Assembly: GCA_016699205.1 (NCBI GenBank)
Contig: CP064964.1
Span: forward strand, 450,001-482,000
Source: Candidatus Saccharimonadota bacterium
Lineage (GTDB): Bacteria; Patescibacteriota; Patescibacteriia; 2-12-FULL-60-25
Direction: 5' to 3'
DNA length: 32,000 bases
Shown here: positions 15,462 to 24,306 of the stretch, piece by piece
Numbering within the stretch: position 1 is the stretch's first letter
Layout: each line of letters begins with the position of its first letter
Notes under the pieces: model-generated
What the model saw: only the letters and a program-made list of their open reading frames with translations
What the model was told of the DNA's origin: nothing
The model's database searches: none
Made by a program: the position numbers and the translations under genes

Positions 15462-17447
15462 ATGGCCAACGAGAAGAAGGGTTTCAGCTTCGACGACATC
15501 GAGGATGCGGTGCTTCCGAGCACGGTATCCAGCATCGCCGCGGCCTCCGCGACGGACACGCTCAGCGAGTCCTCCGAGGACGAGGCGGGCGACGAGAGCG
15601 ACGACAACAACAACGGCGACGACGGCGACGAGGATCTCCGGGAGACCGGGGTCCACGAGAACGAGGTCGACGCGCTGCTCATCGACACCGGCACGCCGGG
15701 CGGCGAGATCGAGGACCTGAACGAGACCGAGAAGTTCACGCTTCAGGTCAAGGCCGCCTTCGACAAGACGGTCGGCCTCGGCGAGGAGCTCCTGCGCGAC
15801 AGCACGCTCTCACTGCGCGAGCGTGCCGCCGCCATCGAGGTCGTCATCAGCGATCTCGACATGCAGCTCGACAAGGACGCCATCAAGGCGGACAACGAGC
15901 TCGTGATCGCGGGCCGTGCCACCAAGGCATCTCTCCAGCGCACGCTCGAGTACACGCTCCAGCGCTTGTGCCTCGAGGCCGCCAACGCGACCCCGAGCAC
16001 GCTGCCGGAACGGATCCAAGGCGTGAGCGACACCGATCTCGAGCGCATGGCGCTCGGTCTCGGCGAGCTCGAGCTCAAGGCCGTGACGGAGGAGGGCAAG
16101 AAAGAGGCCCTTCGACTGCACGCGATCGTCGCGGCAGACAAGGCGCGTCGCACGGCCACTGGTCCCACCATCGCGGTGAGCCTCACGCCGCCGCCTCCTC
16201 CGCCTCCGGTGGAAGAGCGGCAGCCGCTCATCGTCCCGCCCGCGTCCGCGGCTCCCGTGATCGAGACTGTCTGGCAGTCGGGTCCGGAATCCGTTCGTCC
16301 GGCCGATGAGGCCGTGACGCACGACGCTCCGCTCAAGACGGTGGCACCCGCCGCTGTCTCGCCCGCCTCGCCGGCCCCTTCCGAGGAGCCGTCCGTGCAC
16401 GTCTCCATCAGTATGGAGAAGGAAATGAACCAGCACCCGCAGCAGCAGCCGCCGGCAGAGACCGAGGTCCCGCCGGTCTTGGAGCCTCCGGCTCCGTCCA
16501 ACAGCGAGCCCGTGGAGGTCCGCACGCGCATGCGTGTGGGTCGAGCACTGAACAACGACTGGGTGATCGAACAGCCGCACATCAGCGCCCACCACGCCGT
16601 CCTCACGATCAATGAGGGCAGCCTCCAGATCGAGGATCTGGGCAGCACCCATGGCACGTTCGTGCTCGACGAGCTCGCCAACTGGGTGCGCATCACTCAG
16701 GGCAGCCCCGCGGTCGTCAAGATCGGGCAGCGCTTCCGCTTCGCCAACATCGAGGCGGTCTCGTCGCATGATAAGAGCAAGCGGACCAACGTCCACTTCG
16801 TGAAGCCGGACGGCAAGATCTCGCACTCGATCGGCTTCTTCTGGGCCGGCGAGCAGCAGAGCGAGTTGCACCGTCTCGAGCAGGCGCGGCTGAACGCCGA
16901 GGATGCCGCGAGGCAGCCCAAGCAGACACCGCTCAAGACGCCCGACGAGCTCGACAAGAAGAGCCCCACGCAGATGCAGCAGGCCATCGCCAAGAGTAAC
17001 TCGACCGGCAACGGTCTGAGCAGGGCTCTCGGCGTCGGTGTGCTGATCCTCGGAGCCCTCGCGCTCCTCGCCGTGCTCTTCATGTGGGGCAGCGGCGGCT
17101 TCAACCGCCACCACACGGTCGCGACCACCGAGACGGAAACGTCCACGGAGTCGGAGACCGAGACGGTGAGCGAGACCGAGACGACGGCCGAGACGGAAAC
17201 GTCCACGCCGACCGACACGGTCACCACCGAGACCGGCTACAGCCGCCGACCCGGTCGCGACGTCGCGAGCTGCGAGCACGTAACGAGCTTCCTGCTCGCG
17301 CGAGCCGATGGTGAGGCCTACTGGGACTGCTCGGGTATCACTCCCGACCAGTACCGAGATCTGTACAGGATCGAGGATCCCATGGGCGCGCGCCACGTCA
17401 TCGCCAACACCTGCGCGTGTCAGCGATGTGAACCGACCGTGCACTGA
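15462..17447 (+). CDS. Orphan cassette 4: 661-aa FHA-domain membrane protein with Thr/Glu-rich repeat and Cys-rich C-terminal domain
   Basis: ORF 15345-17447 is trimmed to the ATG at 15462, which is preceded by GAAGGAGAA. Codon usage is extremely G/C-ending. The FHA signature at about nt 16515-16754 reads RVGRALNNDWVI..PHISAHHAVL...IEDLGSTHGTFV. The TM helix (GVGVLILGALALLAVLFMWG) spans about 17025-17090. The TETETSTESETE repeat spans about 17115-17237. Confidence 0.8.
   Translation: MANEKKGFSFDDIEDAVLPSTVSSIAAASATDTLSESSEDEAGDESDDNNNGDDGDEDLRETGVHENEVDALLIDTGTPGGEIEDLNETEKFTLQVKAAFDKTVGLGEELLRDSTLSLRERAAAIEVVISDLDMQLDKDAIKADNELVIAGRATKASLQRTLEYTLQRLCLEAANATPSTLPERIQGVSDTDLERMALGLGELELKAVTEEGKKEALRLHAIVAADKARRTATGPTIAVSLTPPPPPPPVEERQPLIVPPASAAPVIETVWQSGPESVRPADEAVTHDAPLKTVAPAAVSPASPAPSEEPSVHVSISMEKEMNQHPQQQPPAETEVPPVLEPPAPSNSEPVEVRTRMRVGRALNNDWVIEQPHISAHHAVLTINEGSLQIEDLGSTHGTFVLDELANWVRITQGSPAVVKIGQRFRFANIEAVSSHDKSKRTNVHFVKPDGKISHSIGFFWAGEQQSELHRLEQARLNAEDAARQPKQTPLKTPDELDKKSPTQMQQAIAKSNSTGNGLSRALGVGVLILGALALLAVLFMWGSGGFNRHHTVATTETETSTESETETVSETETTAETETSTPTDTVTTETGYSRRPGRDVASCEHVTSFLLARADGEAYWDCSGITPDQYRDLYRIEDPMGARHVIANTCACQRCEPTVH
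17128..17207 (+). repeat. In-frame direct repeat inside the FHA protein gene
   Basis: The 20-nt sequence ccgagacggaaacgtccacg occurs at 17128-17147 and again at 17188-17207, a 60-nt period. It lies inside degenerate GAGACS hexamer repeats encoding (T/S)E. Confidence 0.8.
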
Positions 17448-17476
17448 CGCACCTTTGCCCTAACGGGCACCTACGT

Positions 17477-17519
17477 AAAAGCGCCTCTACCAATCTGGTA
17501 TGAGGCGCTTTTCTTTTTC
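17477..17519. terminator. Bidirectional terminator between the FHA gene and the FecR-domain gene
   Basis: The hairpin is aaaagcgcctc (17477-17487) ... gaggcgctttt (17502-17512), followed by tctttttct. Confidence 0.8.
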
Positions 17520-17524
17520 TGCTT

Positions 17525-19546
17525 TTAGTAGATGCGGTATGGATAGCGACTGCCGGGCGCAGAAGGGGTTGATGCATCTGGCGTTACCGTGATTGTTGCC
17601 GAGCTTGTTTTGGTTACACCCTGCTCCGTGTAACGAGCCGTTACCGAGCCGGAAGCTTGTTGGCCGGAGCAGAAGGTCAAGATTTTTCCGTCGCCTGGAA
17701 ACAGAAGCTTGGAATCGCTGACGGTAACTGTCGAAGAGATCGAGACGTCTTTGCTGGTCTTGTCGCCGTAGATCGCGAAGACCTTGTACGGAAGGCTTGC
17801 GCTACAGGTGACGGTGGTCGGACCGGTAAAGCGGATTTCAATCGACTGAAGGCCTGTGAGCTTGGCTGCGGAGTGAACAATATTCGCAGACACCGTGCGT
17901 GAACCGACCGTGTCGCTAAAGGAAGCATTGATTGTAATTGTTCCGATGAAGACTGGCGTAAGGACATTGCCCTGCAAAGATCCGTCACTTGATCGTGCGA
18001 GTGAGAAGGAAGCTTTGGAGGTTAGCTCATCTGCCCGACCATCGGACTTGATGCCAAAGAGTTTAAGGGTGACCGGTTGCCCACTGATCGGCGCGGATGG
18101 TGAGGCGAGCAAGGTCAGACTCTGATAGACACGGCCGGTTTGAGTCGTTGGCTGGTTTGTTGGAGGTTTGATAACCGGATTGCGGAGCGTTGGTTCATTG
18201 ATGCGGATTTCCGGCTTGTCCTCTGGCTCAACCGGGACGGTGATATCCGGAATACCGAGCGCGACAGACAAGCGTGCGCGGATCGCTTCTGACTTGTTCT
18301 TCAAACGATCATCGCCTGCTTCACCGAGCGCAGCGTCGACCGCATCGAGACGGGACATAAGATCGGCGACGACGCGCGTGCGGCCATCGGTCAGATCAAC
18401 ACCTTCCAAAACATCATCGACGCCTTCATCAATACGAACGAGTTCACGATAACGCGTGTCGGTTTCATCGCCATTCACGATGGCATCGCGAAGCAAGCGC
18501 AACTCACTGAGCGAGGAGCTTTCCGTGAGAGCCTGCGGCAAAGCTAGATCACTGATATTTTCACGGAGACCTGCGTAACGCGCACGAGACAAGAGCGTCG
18601 TTGCGATATGGAGCTCGCCGCGCAGCAAGCCGGCCTTAGGACCCATGGCTGGCAAAAGGCCGCGGATATTTGCGAGCGAAACCTTGATATTGGATGGATT
18701 TGCTACAGCTGCCGCAAGCTCACGCTTAGCGTAGGCGGCTGCGAGATCTTCACGCGCATCACCGGAAGCGAGAGCGAGATGCAAGCGCTCGGAAGCGCTG
18801 CGTACAAAAGACGGGGCTGCAGGGATGGAATCAGCACGCGCATCAAGGCGCTTGCGCAGCTCGCCCATGTAGTCGCGGTCAAATTTTGTGTCTTTTACTT
18901 TTTGCTCAGCCGGCCAGATGTCGGCTTCCGTTAGATTGCGGACGGGCTTTTTGCAGTCATTCGGACCAAAGCTCCCCCACTGATCATCCGTGAGAAGGGT
19001 TTCGTCGGTGCCGCCGTTAGCAAGAATACCGACAACGGATTCCGTGACCGCTGCTTCCGTACAGTTCGGCTGCTTGATGATGCCGTAAGAAGTTCCGCGT
19101 ACGGTTGCAACCACATCGCTTGTACGAACTTCCATGGCGCTATCGACGTCGAGCAATTTGAGCATGCGATTCCAGACGCGGCCGGCATTGAGCTTGAGAC
19201 TGATCACGGAGCTCGCAGCGCCCGAGCCGTCGGCTGGCGCATCAGCGATTTCAAGCTCGGTGCTTTGGTCGAGACGGGTTACACCTTGATCACCCCAAAG
19301 AATTTCCGCTTCGGAATCGGCGCTGGTCTTTACCATGTCACCGGCGTGGATTTCTTGGACGTCTTTTACAACTGACCAAACATCGCCTGTCTTATATTCC
19401 ACATTGCCCTTCACGACTTGCACGCGAATGGCAGGCAATTTTTCTGCCGCGACAGAACCAACGGACCAAAACCATGTTCCTCCGATAACGAGGAGCAGGA
19501 TGGCGAGAGCACCGCCGGACAATGCGAGAATACGAGACTTGTTCAT
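17525..19546 (-). CDS. FecR-domain membrane-anchored protein with C-terminal Ig-like region
   Basis: The 673-aa protein has an N-terminal TM helix and a FecR-like beta region (VKGNVEYKTGDVWSVVKDVQEIHAGDMVKTSADSEAEILWGD). The C-terminus is beta-rich. Confidence 0.6.
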   Translation of the reverse strand: MNKSRILALSGGALAILLLVIGGTWFWSVGSVAAEKLPAIRVQVVKGNVEYKTGDVWSVVKDVQEIHAGDMVKTSADSEAEILWGDQGVTRLDQSTELEIADAPADGSGAASSVISLKLNAGRVWNRMLKLLDVDSAMEVRTSDVVATVRGTSYGIIKQPNCTEAAVTESVVGILANGGTDETLLTDDQWGSFGPNDCKKPVRNLTEADIWPAEQKVKDTKFDRDYMGELRKRLDARADSIPAAPSFVRSASERLHLALASGDAREDLAAAYAKRELAAAVANPSNIKVSLANIRGLLPAMGPKAGLLRGELHIATTLLSRARYAGLRENISDLALPQALTESSSLSELRLLRDAIVNGDETDTRYRELVRIDEGVDDVLEGVDLTDGRTRVVADLMSRLDAVDAALGEAGDDRLKNKSEAIRARLSVALGIPDITVPVEPEDKPEIRINEPTLRNPVIKPPTNQPTTQTGRVYQSLTLLASPSAPISGQPVTLKLFGIKSDGRADELTSKASFSLARSSDGSLQGNVLTPVFIGTITINASFSDTVGSRTVSANIVHSAAKLTGLQSIEIRFTGPTTVTCSASLPYKVFAIYGDKTSKDVSISSTVTVSDSKLLFPGDGKILTFCSGQQASGSVTARYTEQGVTKTSSATITVTPDASTPSAPGSRYPYRIY

Positions 19547-19608
19547 AGGATGATTATAGGCGGTGAATATAGCTTAAAACGATAGAGATATCAACCCATG
19601 GCAAATAC

Positions 19609-19637
19609 TTGATTCTCTCTCCAAGTCCTGCTATTCT
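19609..19637 (+). promoter_or_regulatory. Candidate promoter of tRNA-Pro, implying a leader of about 100 nt
   Basis: The sequence is TTGATT (19609-19614), 17 nt, TATTCT (19632-19637). Confidence 0.45.
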
Positions 19638-19747
19638 CGTCCCGCTTAGGTAAGAGAGGTTACGGGCTATATCTTCGCTAAAGAGCTTGATATAGTCCTC
19701 CTACGCTCGCACACAGACAAGTTTACTTGTCTGTGTACTCGCTCCGT

Positions 19748-19823
<76 letters not shown>

Positions 19824-19826
19824 TAT

Positions 19827-19854
19827 AAAACACCCGCCATGAGGCGGGTGTTTT
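19827..19854. terminator. Bidirectional terminator (tRNA-Pro / YibE-F operon end)
   Basis: The sequence is aaaacacccgcc-atga-ggcgggtgtttt. Confidence 0.85.
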
Positions 19855-19856
19855 GT

Positions 19857-21074
19857 TTAGTGGCGATGACTCTTGCTTTCTGGCGGCATGCGGACCGTCG
19901 CCCAGGCGGCGAGGAGAGCGGTGATCGGAACGGTGAACACGAGGCCAATGGTGCCGGCGAGCGAACGAACAACTTCATCGGTGACGGAATCAAAGTTGAT
20001 GAATTTGAGCCAGGAACCGCCAAACTGTTCGTAGAGAAGCAGCGTTGAAAGCGAGGCACCGACATAAGCAAACACAAGCGTGTTGGCGAGCGCTCCCATG
20101 TGGTCGCGTCCGATGACCATGCCAGCGGTGAACAAATCCTTGAAACCTATTTTTGGATTAGCGCGACGCACCTCGGAAACTCCGGAAGCGATGGAAACGG
20201 CAACATCTTCCAAAACACCAACTGCCGCGATAATGATTCCGGCAAACAAGAGACCGCGCGGATCGAGTAAGGGATTTTTATTGAAGAATAGACGATCATC
20301 TTCCGTGGAAAGTCCGGAGAGACGGGTTGCATCGACAAAGATCAGCGAGATCAAATATGCGACGAGTGCGCCGCCCATCGTACCAACAGAAATGACGACG
20401 GTTTTACGATTCCAGCCGATGGTTAGTCCGCTTGAAATCAAAGTGAAAAGACCGGCGAGGACAATCGCGAGCGGTACGGCATTGACTCCGCGTAAATAGA
20501 GCGGAATGAGAATGTAGCCAATCATCGCAATCGAGAGCGCGATACCGAGTGCCACCTTTACGCCCTGCCAACCAGAGAGCAGTACCAATGTGAGGACGAA
20601 TAGTCCGATCAGCCAAAGCATGGCGCCGCGTCGATCAAAACCTTCGATGTACAGACTCCAACCTGTTTCAGCTGGCTGCATAAAGATCACAACCTTGTCT
20701 CCTGCATGTGGGTCGAGATTGTAAGGATTTGAACCGACATCAGAATGGATTTCTCGAATCTGGTTGATCATCGGACCGGAGAGGAAACGGACACGGAAAA
20801 GCTTGATCTGCTCTGCACCTCCTGGGATGGAGCTTGAACCGACCGAAACCGACTCAACCACCGCGCGCTCATATTGACCCTCGCGATCGCTTACACTGTT
20901 TTCCGGAGCACCGGAGCCATCGGTGCCGTTGGAAGAGCCGTTGTCTACGGGAGCCGTGGAAGTGACGGCTTCCAAAGTAGAGCTCGTTGAGGTTGCTTGC
21001 GCAAAAGCGAATTGCGGGATCAACAACAAAGCCACGATGAGTAGCGTGTAGCGGTTCATGAGAGATCGGATCAT
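19857..21074 (-). CDS. YibE/F-family integral membrane protein with signal peptide
   Basis: ORF 19857-21242 is trimmed to MIRSLMNRYTLLIVALLLIPQFAFAQ (21074; 21059 is also possible), because the upstream gene ends at 21079. It has an extracytoplasmic N-domain followed by about 6 TM helices. Confidence 0.7.
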   Translation of the reverse strand: MIRSLMNRYTLLIVALLLIPQFAFAQATSTSSTLEAVTSTAPVDNGSSNGTDGSGAPENSVSDREGQYERAVVESVSVGSSSIPGGAEQIKLFRVRFLSGPMINQIREIHSDVGSNPYNLDPHAGDKVVIFMQPAETGWSLYIEGFDRRGAMLWLIGLFVLTLVLLSGWQGVKVALGIALSIAMIGYILIPLYLRGVNAVPLAIVLAGLFTLISSGLTIGWNRKTVVISVGTMGGALVAYLISLIFVDATRLSGLSTEDDRLFFNKNPLLDPRGLLFAGIIIAAVGVLEDVAVSIASGVSEVRRANPKIGFKDLFTAGMVIGRDHMGALANTLVFAYVGASLSTLLLYEQFGGSWLKFINFDSVTDEVVRSLAGTIGLVFTVPITALLAAWATVRMPPESKSHRH

Positions 21075-21078
21075 AGGT

Positions 21079-22551
21079 TTATTGGAACCAAGGAAATGGT
21101 TTGGTGAAGCGCTGGATGTCTTTGGCAAAGCGGCGCATCCAGGAAAGGACATGGGCTGTTGCCTGCACGTCTTCTCGATTGTACTGGATAATCGCATCGA
21201 GGATGGAGCGGTCACCGCTTTCCATCCATTGTTCATAAGCAAGAACGGATGCTGCTCCCCCTTTCACATCGCCTTCCCAAGCAAAGCCGAGGAATTTAGC
21301 GATCGCTTTCAAGCTGTAAAAATGGAGCGGAAATACAATATGTTCGCGTGCGATTTCTTTCAAATCGACCATCGAGTTACGGAAGCGTTCAAGATCCTGA
21401 TTCTCGAGATCGCCATAGCGCTTAGCCAGAACCGAGAGACGCGCGACTTCATGGTTGGCGTAATGGTAGACGGTGTAGCGCTCGGGCAAGGTTGAAGTCC
21501 ATTTAAGAAAGTCTTTCCACATTTGCCCCTCGTCTTCCGGTCTTTCTGCAACAAATGCTTTGTATTCTTTTCCGAGCCAGAAACCAAAAAGATAATCGCG
21601 ATCAAGCGGCGGATAGCTTTCAATATCAAAATGGATTTCCAGGCCCATGGTCGGATCGAGGAATGGTTTCCGGATCATCACGGAGCCATGAACCAAGGAT
21701 TCGGCTTGGCGGCGGACAGCCTCGAGCGCATTTCTCGTGAGCCCAGGGAAACGTCCTTCCAAACTGTCGATATCGAGAATGGCGGCATCGTCGATGGTGA
21801 GTACGCCGAGCGAGCGGAGTGCTTTCAATTTTTTTACATCGACATTGAAGAGCAGGGCGATATCACGACGGGACTCGGCCAAGCGCAAACAAGCTGCACC
21901 CCAAGGCGATGTATCATTACAGCTTTTGCGATAGACGGGGGCCGGCATTTCTCCGGAGCGGATGCGCTCAAGCTGCTCGACGATCGTTGCAAATTCACTC
22001 TGGAATGCTGAAGCGTTGAAAGCGAGGCGCTCCCCATCGCCGTTGATGATGGCCGGGTGGGATGGGAAGTGGCCTTGTACGCGCTCGAGCAAGGTCGCGT
22101 AAAACGAAAGCTGACACATGTGCTCTTTTTTGAGTTCATGCGCGCGCTTCACATCAACCGGAACATAAAAATAATCACCGAGCAGACTTTTGCCTGGTTG
22201 ACGCTCAAGCAAATCAGGTCGGCCGCTCCAGTCGCCATCGACGAGCCAGCCTTGATAGATGATGGGGACTCCGGCACGCATGAGCTCGAGCGTACGGGCC
22301 GAGCCTTCTTCCATGTTTTTGATGACGCTCAGATCATCCGGCGTACCGTATTGGCTCGCGATAATCTCGCGCTCGTGAGCCAAACCGTCGGCGAGGCGCT
22401 TTTCCTCTTCTTTGGTGAGCGGGCGTCGATCGGCTTTATCGCCAAAACGCTCCCAATACGGCCAATGCGGGCATTGGAAAAAGCGGTAGAAATCGCTTCC
22501 GGTGAGCGGGGCAGATCGTTCCATGGCCAACATCACACCCGATTTTTCCAT
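21079..22551 (-). CDS. TM0106-family RecB-like nuclease (N-terminal PD-(D/E)XK/Cas4-like domain + C-terminal RNase H-like exonuclease fold)
   Basis: Supporting segments are FYRFFQCPHWPYW, YVPVDVKRAHELK, IHFDIESYP, YHYANHE and YNREDVQAT. The start is uncertain (ATGs at 22551, 22533 and 22524). The Arg-rich N-terminal extension to 22743 is rejected. Confidence 0.7.
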   Translation of the reverse strand: MEKSGVMLAMERSAPLTGSDFYRFFQCPHWPYWERFGDKADRRPLTKEEEKRLADGLAHEREIIASQYGTPDDLSVIKNMEEGSARTLELMRAGVPIIYQGWLVDGDWSGRPDLLERQPGKSLLGDYFYVPVDVKRAHELKKEHMCQLSFYATLLERVQGHFPSHPAIINGDGERLAFNASAFQSEFATIVEQLERIRSGEMPAPVYRKSCNDTSPWGAACLRLAESRRDIALLFNVDVKKLKALRSLGVLTIDDAAILDIDSLEGRFPGLTRNALEAVRRQAESLVHGSVMIRKPFLDPTMGLEIHFDIESYPPLDRDYLFGFWLGKEYKAFVAERPEDEGQMWKDFLKWTSTLPERYTVYHYANHEVARLSVLAKRYGDLENQDLERFRNSMVDLKEIAREHIVFPLHFYSLKAIAKFLGFAWEGDVKGGAASVLAYEQWMESGDRSILDAIIQYNREDVQATAHVLSWMRRFAKDIQRFTKPFPWFQ

Positions 22552-22823
22552 TCTTGTATAGCGATGGCCAGGATACGCATCGTCATGATGTGGCCGATCA
22601 CTAAAGCAGCCATTAAGGCGAGCAGATGCCAGAGCAGCCAATAGGAGGGACGGAGGAAGTCGGCGAGGATGGCGAGCGGCTGCAAGATCAAGATCCAAAA
22701 GAATACGCCGATGCGATAGACGCGCTTGGAACCGGGTGGCCACGCTTCCGCGAGCAGCGGGTTGATCGGTTTATCAGTAGGCGTCTCGGAAGACGGGGGC
22801 GAGGTAACGGTCGAGCGGGGCAT
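22533..22823 (-). CDS. Possible small two-TM membrane protein
   Basis: It fills an otherwise empty gap of about 220 nt. It has two clear hydrophobic helices (VFFWILILQPLAILADFL, WLLWHLLALMAALVIGHIM). The start overlaps the upstream gene by about 50 nt, so this call is uncertain. Confidence 0.4.
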   Translation of the reverse strand: MPRSTVTSPPSSETPTDKPINPLLAEAWPPGSKRVYRIGVFFWILILQPLAILADFLRPSYWLLWHLLALMAALVIGHIMTMRILAIAIQEWKNRV

Positions 22824-24306
22824 AGTCATCAGTAAGAATGGAAGCATCTTTGTGCTGCGCGAGGAACTCCTCTACCACCATTGGATCGAGACGTTTGGCG
22901 GAAGCTTCAATCGCTTGATCATCGGCTTCAAGGCGATCAAAGGAGGGAGGGCGAGCACGCTGCCAGCGATCGGAATCGATCGGTTCATCGGAAGCAATGA
23001 GAACGATGGTGTTGCGACCTGGTTCAAGCGTATCGGCGAGCGGTGCGATTTCTACATGCTTCCAGACTTGGCGTAGCGTGAGCGTCATCGCTGCAAGAAA
23101 ATTGCCGTAGCGGCTATCGTCGATCAAGTTGAGGGCGTAGATGCCGTCGGATTTCATGCGTGACTTGAGCAGCTGATGGAATTCGAGCGTCGTGAGGTGA
23201 ACAGGGACTCCGAAATCATTGAAAGCATCGCCGAAGACGAGGTCGTAGGGTTCATCGACGTTACGCATGAGGTGGCGACGAGCATCGCCCGAGGCCATAA
23301 CGATGGTGGTCGTTGTCGACAGTTCCATGAAGCGATGATTAGCCTCAATGACAGCCGGATCGATCTCGGAAACGGTGGAGGTGGCGTTGGGGTAATAGGC
23401 TTCAAGATAGCGAGGCAGAACAAAGCCGCCGCCGCCGATGAAGTAGGCATGAAAAGAATCGCGTGTTGCGTAGCGCGACGCGATCAAACGTGCGTAGACC
23501 TGCTCATACCCGTAGCCGAGATCGGATGGATCACGCGGCGAGACATAGGAATGCACCAAGTGGTCGAGGCGGAGCGTGTAGCGAGGCGTGTTTTCCAATC
23601 CATCGACCTTGATGCGGATACAAAAATAGTTGGACTCGATCTTGCAGATGCCGGGCAAGAGCACATTACCTGCACTGACCACGAGCAGAAATCCGATGAT
23701 GCGATAATTTAATACGTTCTCCCCTATTGCGATGTATACGCCTATCAAAAGGAGTGCGATCGCGACGGCTGACATCAGATATTGCGCGCCGAGGGCGGCG
23801 ATCAACACATAACCGCCAAGTCCGACGCCGAGCAAGCTGCCGACGGCACCAGCAGCCGAGAGCTTACCGATAATAGAACCCGTGTGACCGAGATCATCGA
23901 CGGCGAGCTTGGCGAGCTGGGGGCTGACCATCGAGAGAAAGAAAGCGACCGGACCAAAAACCACAAGCGCGAGCATGATAGAACGAAAGGCGAGGTCCAT
24001 CGGGTAGGCGGAAAGGCGGGTTGAGAAAAATGAGAGAGCAAAGTTGGCTGCGAGAGCAGCCGTACCGCTCAAGAGGAATGTCTGCGCCAAAGCACGGCGG
24101 CCTGATTTGCGATCCGCGAGATAGCCACCGGCTGCTTGACCGAATGTTAAGCCGATGAGCGTTGCTCCGATGACGGAAGTCCAGGTGAAAACGGATGTAC
24201 CAAGATATGGCGCGAGGGCGCGGCCGAATAAAACCTGGATCAGCATCAAACAAAAACTCGCGAGTCCATTCAAAATCCAAACCGGAGGCAGACGGAGCGA
24301 TTTCAT
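22774..24306 (-). CDS. Fused membrane-module / spermidine synthase-like (class I methyltransferase fold) protein
   Basis: ORF 22774-24450 is trimmed to MKSLRLPP at 24306, which forms an ATGA overlap with the upstream stop. About 7 TM helices are followed by FIGGGGFVLPRYL, SEIDPAVIE and YDLVFGDAFND. Confidence 0.75.
   Translation of the reverse strand: MKSLRLPPVWILNGLASFCLMLIQVLFGRALAPYLGTSVFTWTSVIGATLIGLTFGQAAGGYLADRKSGRRALAQTFLLSGTAALAANFALSFFSTRLSAYPMDLAFRSIMLALVVFGPVAFFLSMVSPQLAKLAVDDLGHTGSIIGKLSAAGAVGSLLGVGLGGYVLIAALGAQYLMSAVAIALLLIGVYIAIGENVLNYRIIGFLLVVSAGNVLLPGICKIESNYFCIRIKVDGLENTPRYTLRLDHLVHSYVSPRDPSDLGYGYEQVYARLIASRYATRDSFHAYFIGGGGFVLPRYLEAYYPNATSTVSEIDPAVIEANHRFMELSTTTTIVMASGDARRHLMRNVDEPYDLVFGDAFNDFGVPVHLTTLEFHQLLKSRMKSDGIYALNLIDDSRYGNFLAAMTLTLRQVWKHVEIAPLADTLEPGRNTIVLIASDEPIDSDRWQRARPPSFDRLEADDQAIEASAKRLDPMVVEEFLAQHKDASILTDDYAPLDRYLAPVFRDAY

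Noticed and set aside
15152-17444. Long ORFs 15152-16309 (+), 15743-16696 (-), 15810-17444 (-) and 16697-17227 (-) overlapping the FHA gene.
   Set aside because: They encode Arg/Gly/Ser-rich low-complexity translations with no domains. They are out of frame or antisense to the ORF that carries the FHA motif, the SD and the promoter. They are shadow ORFs caused by high GC.
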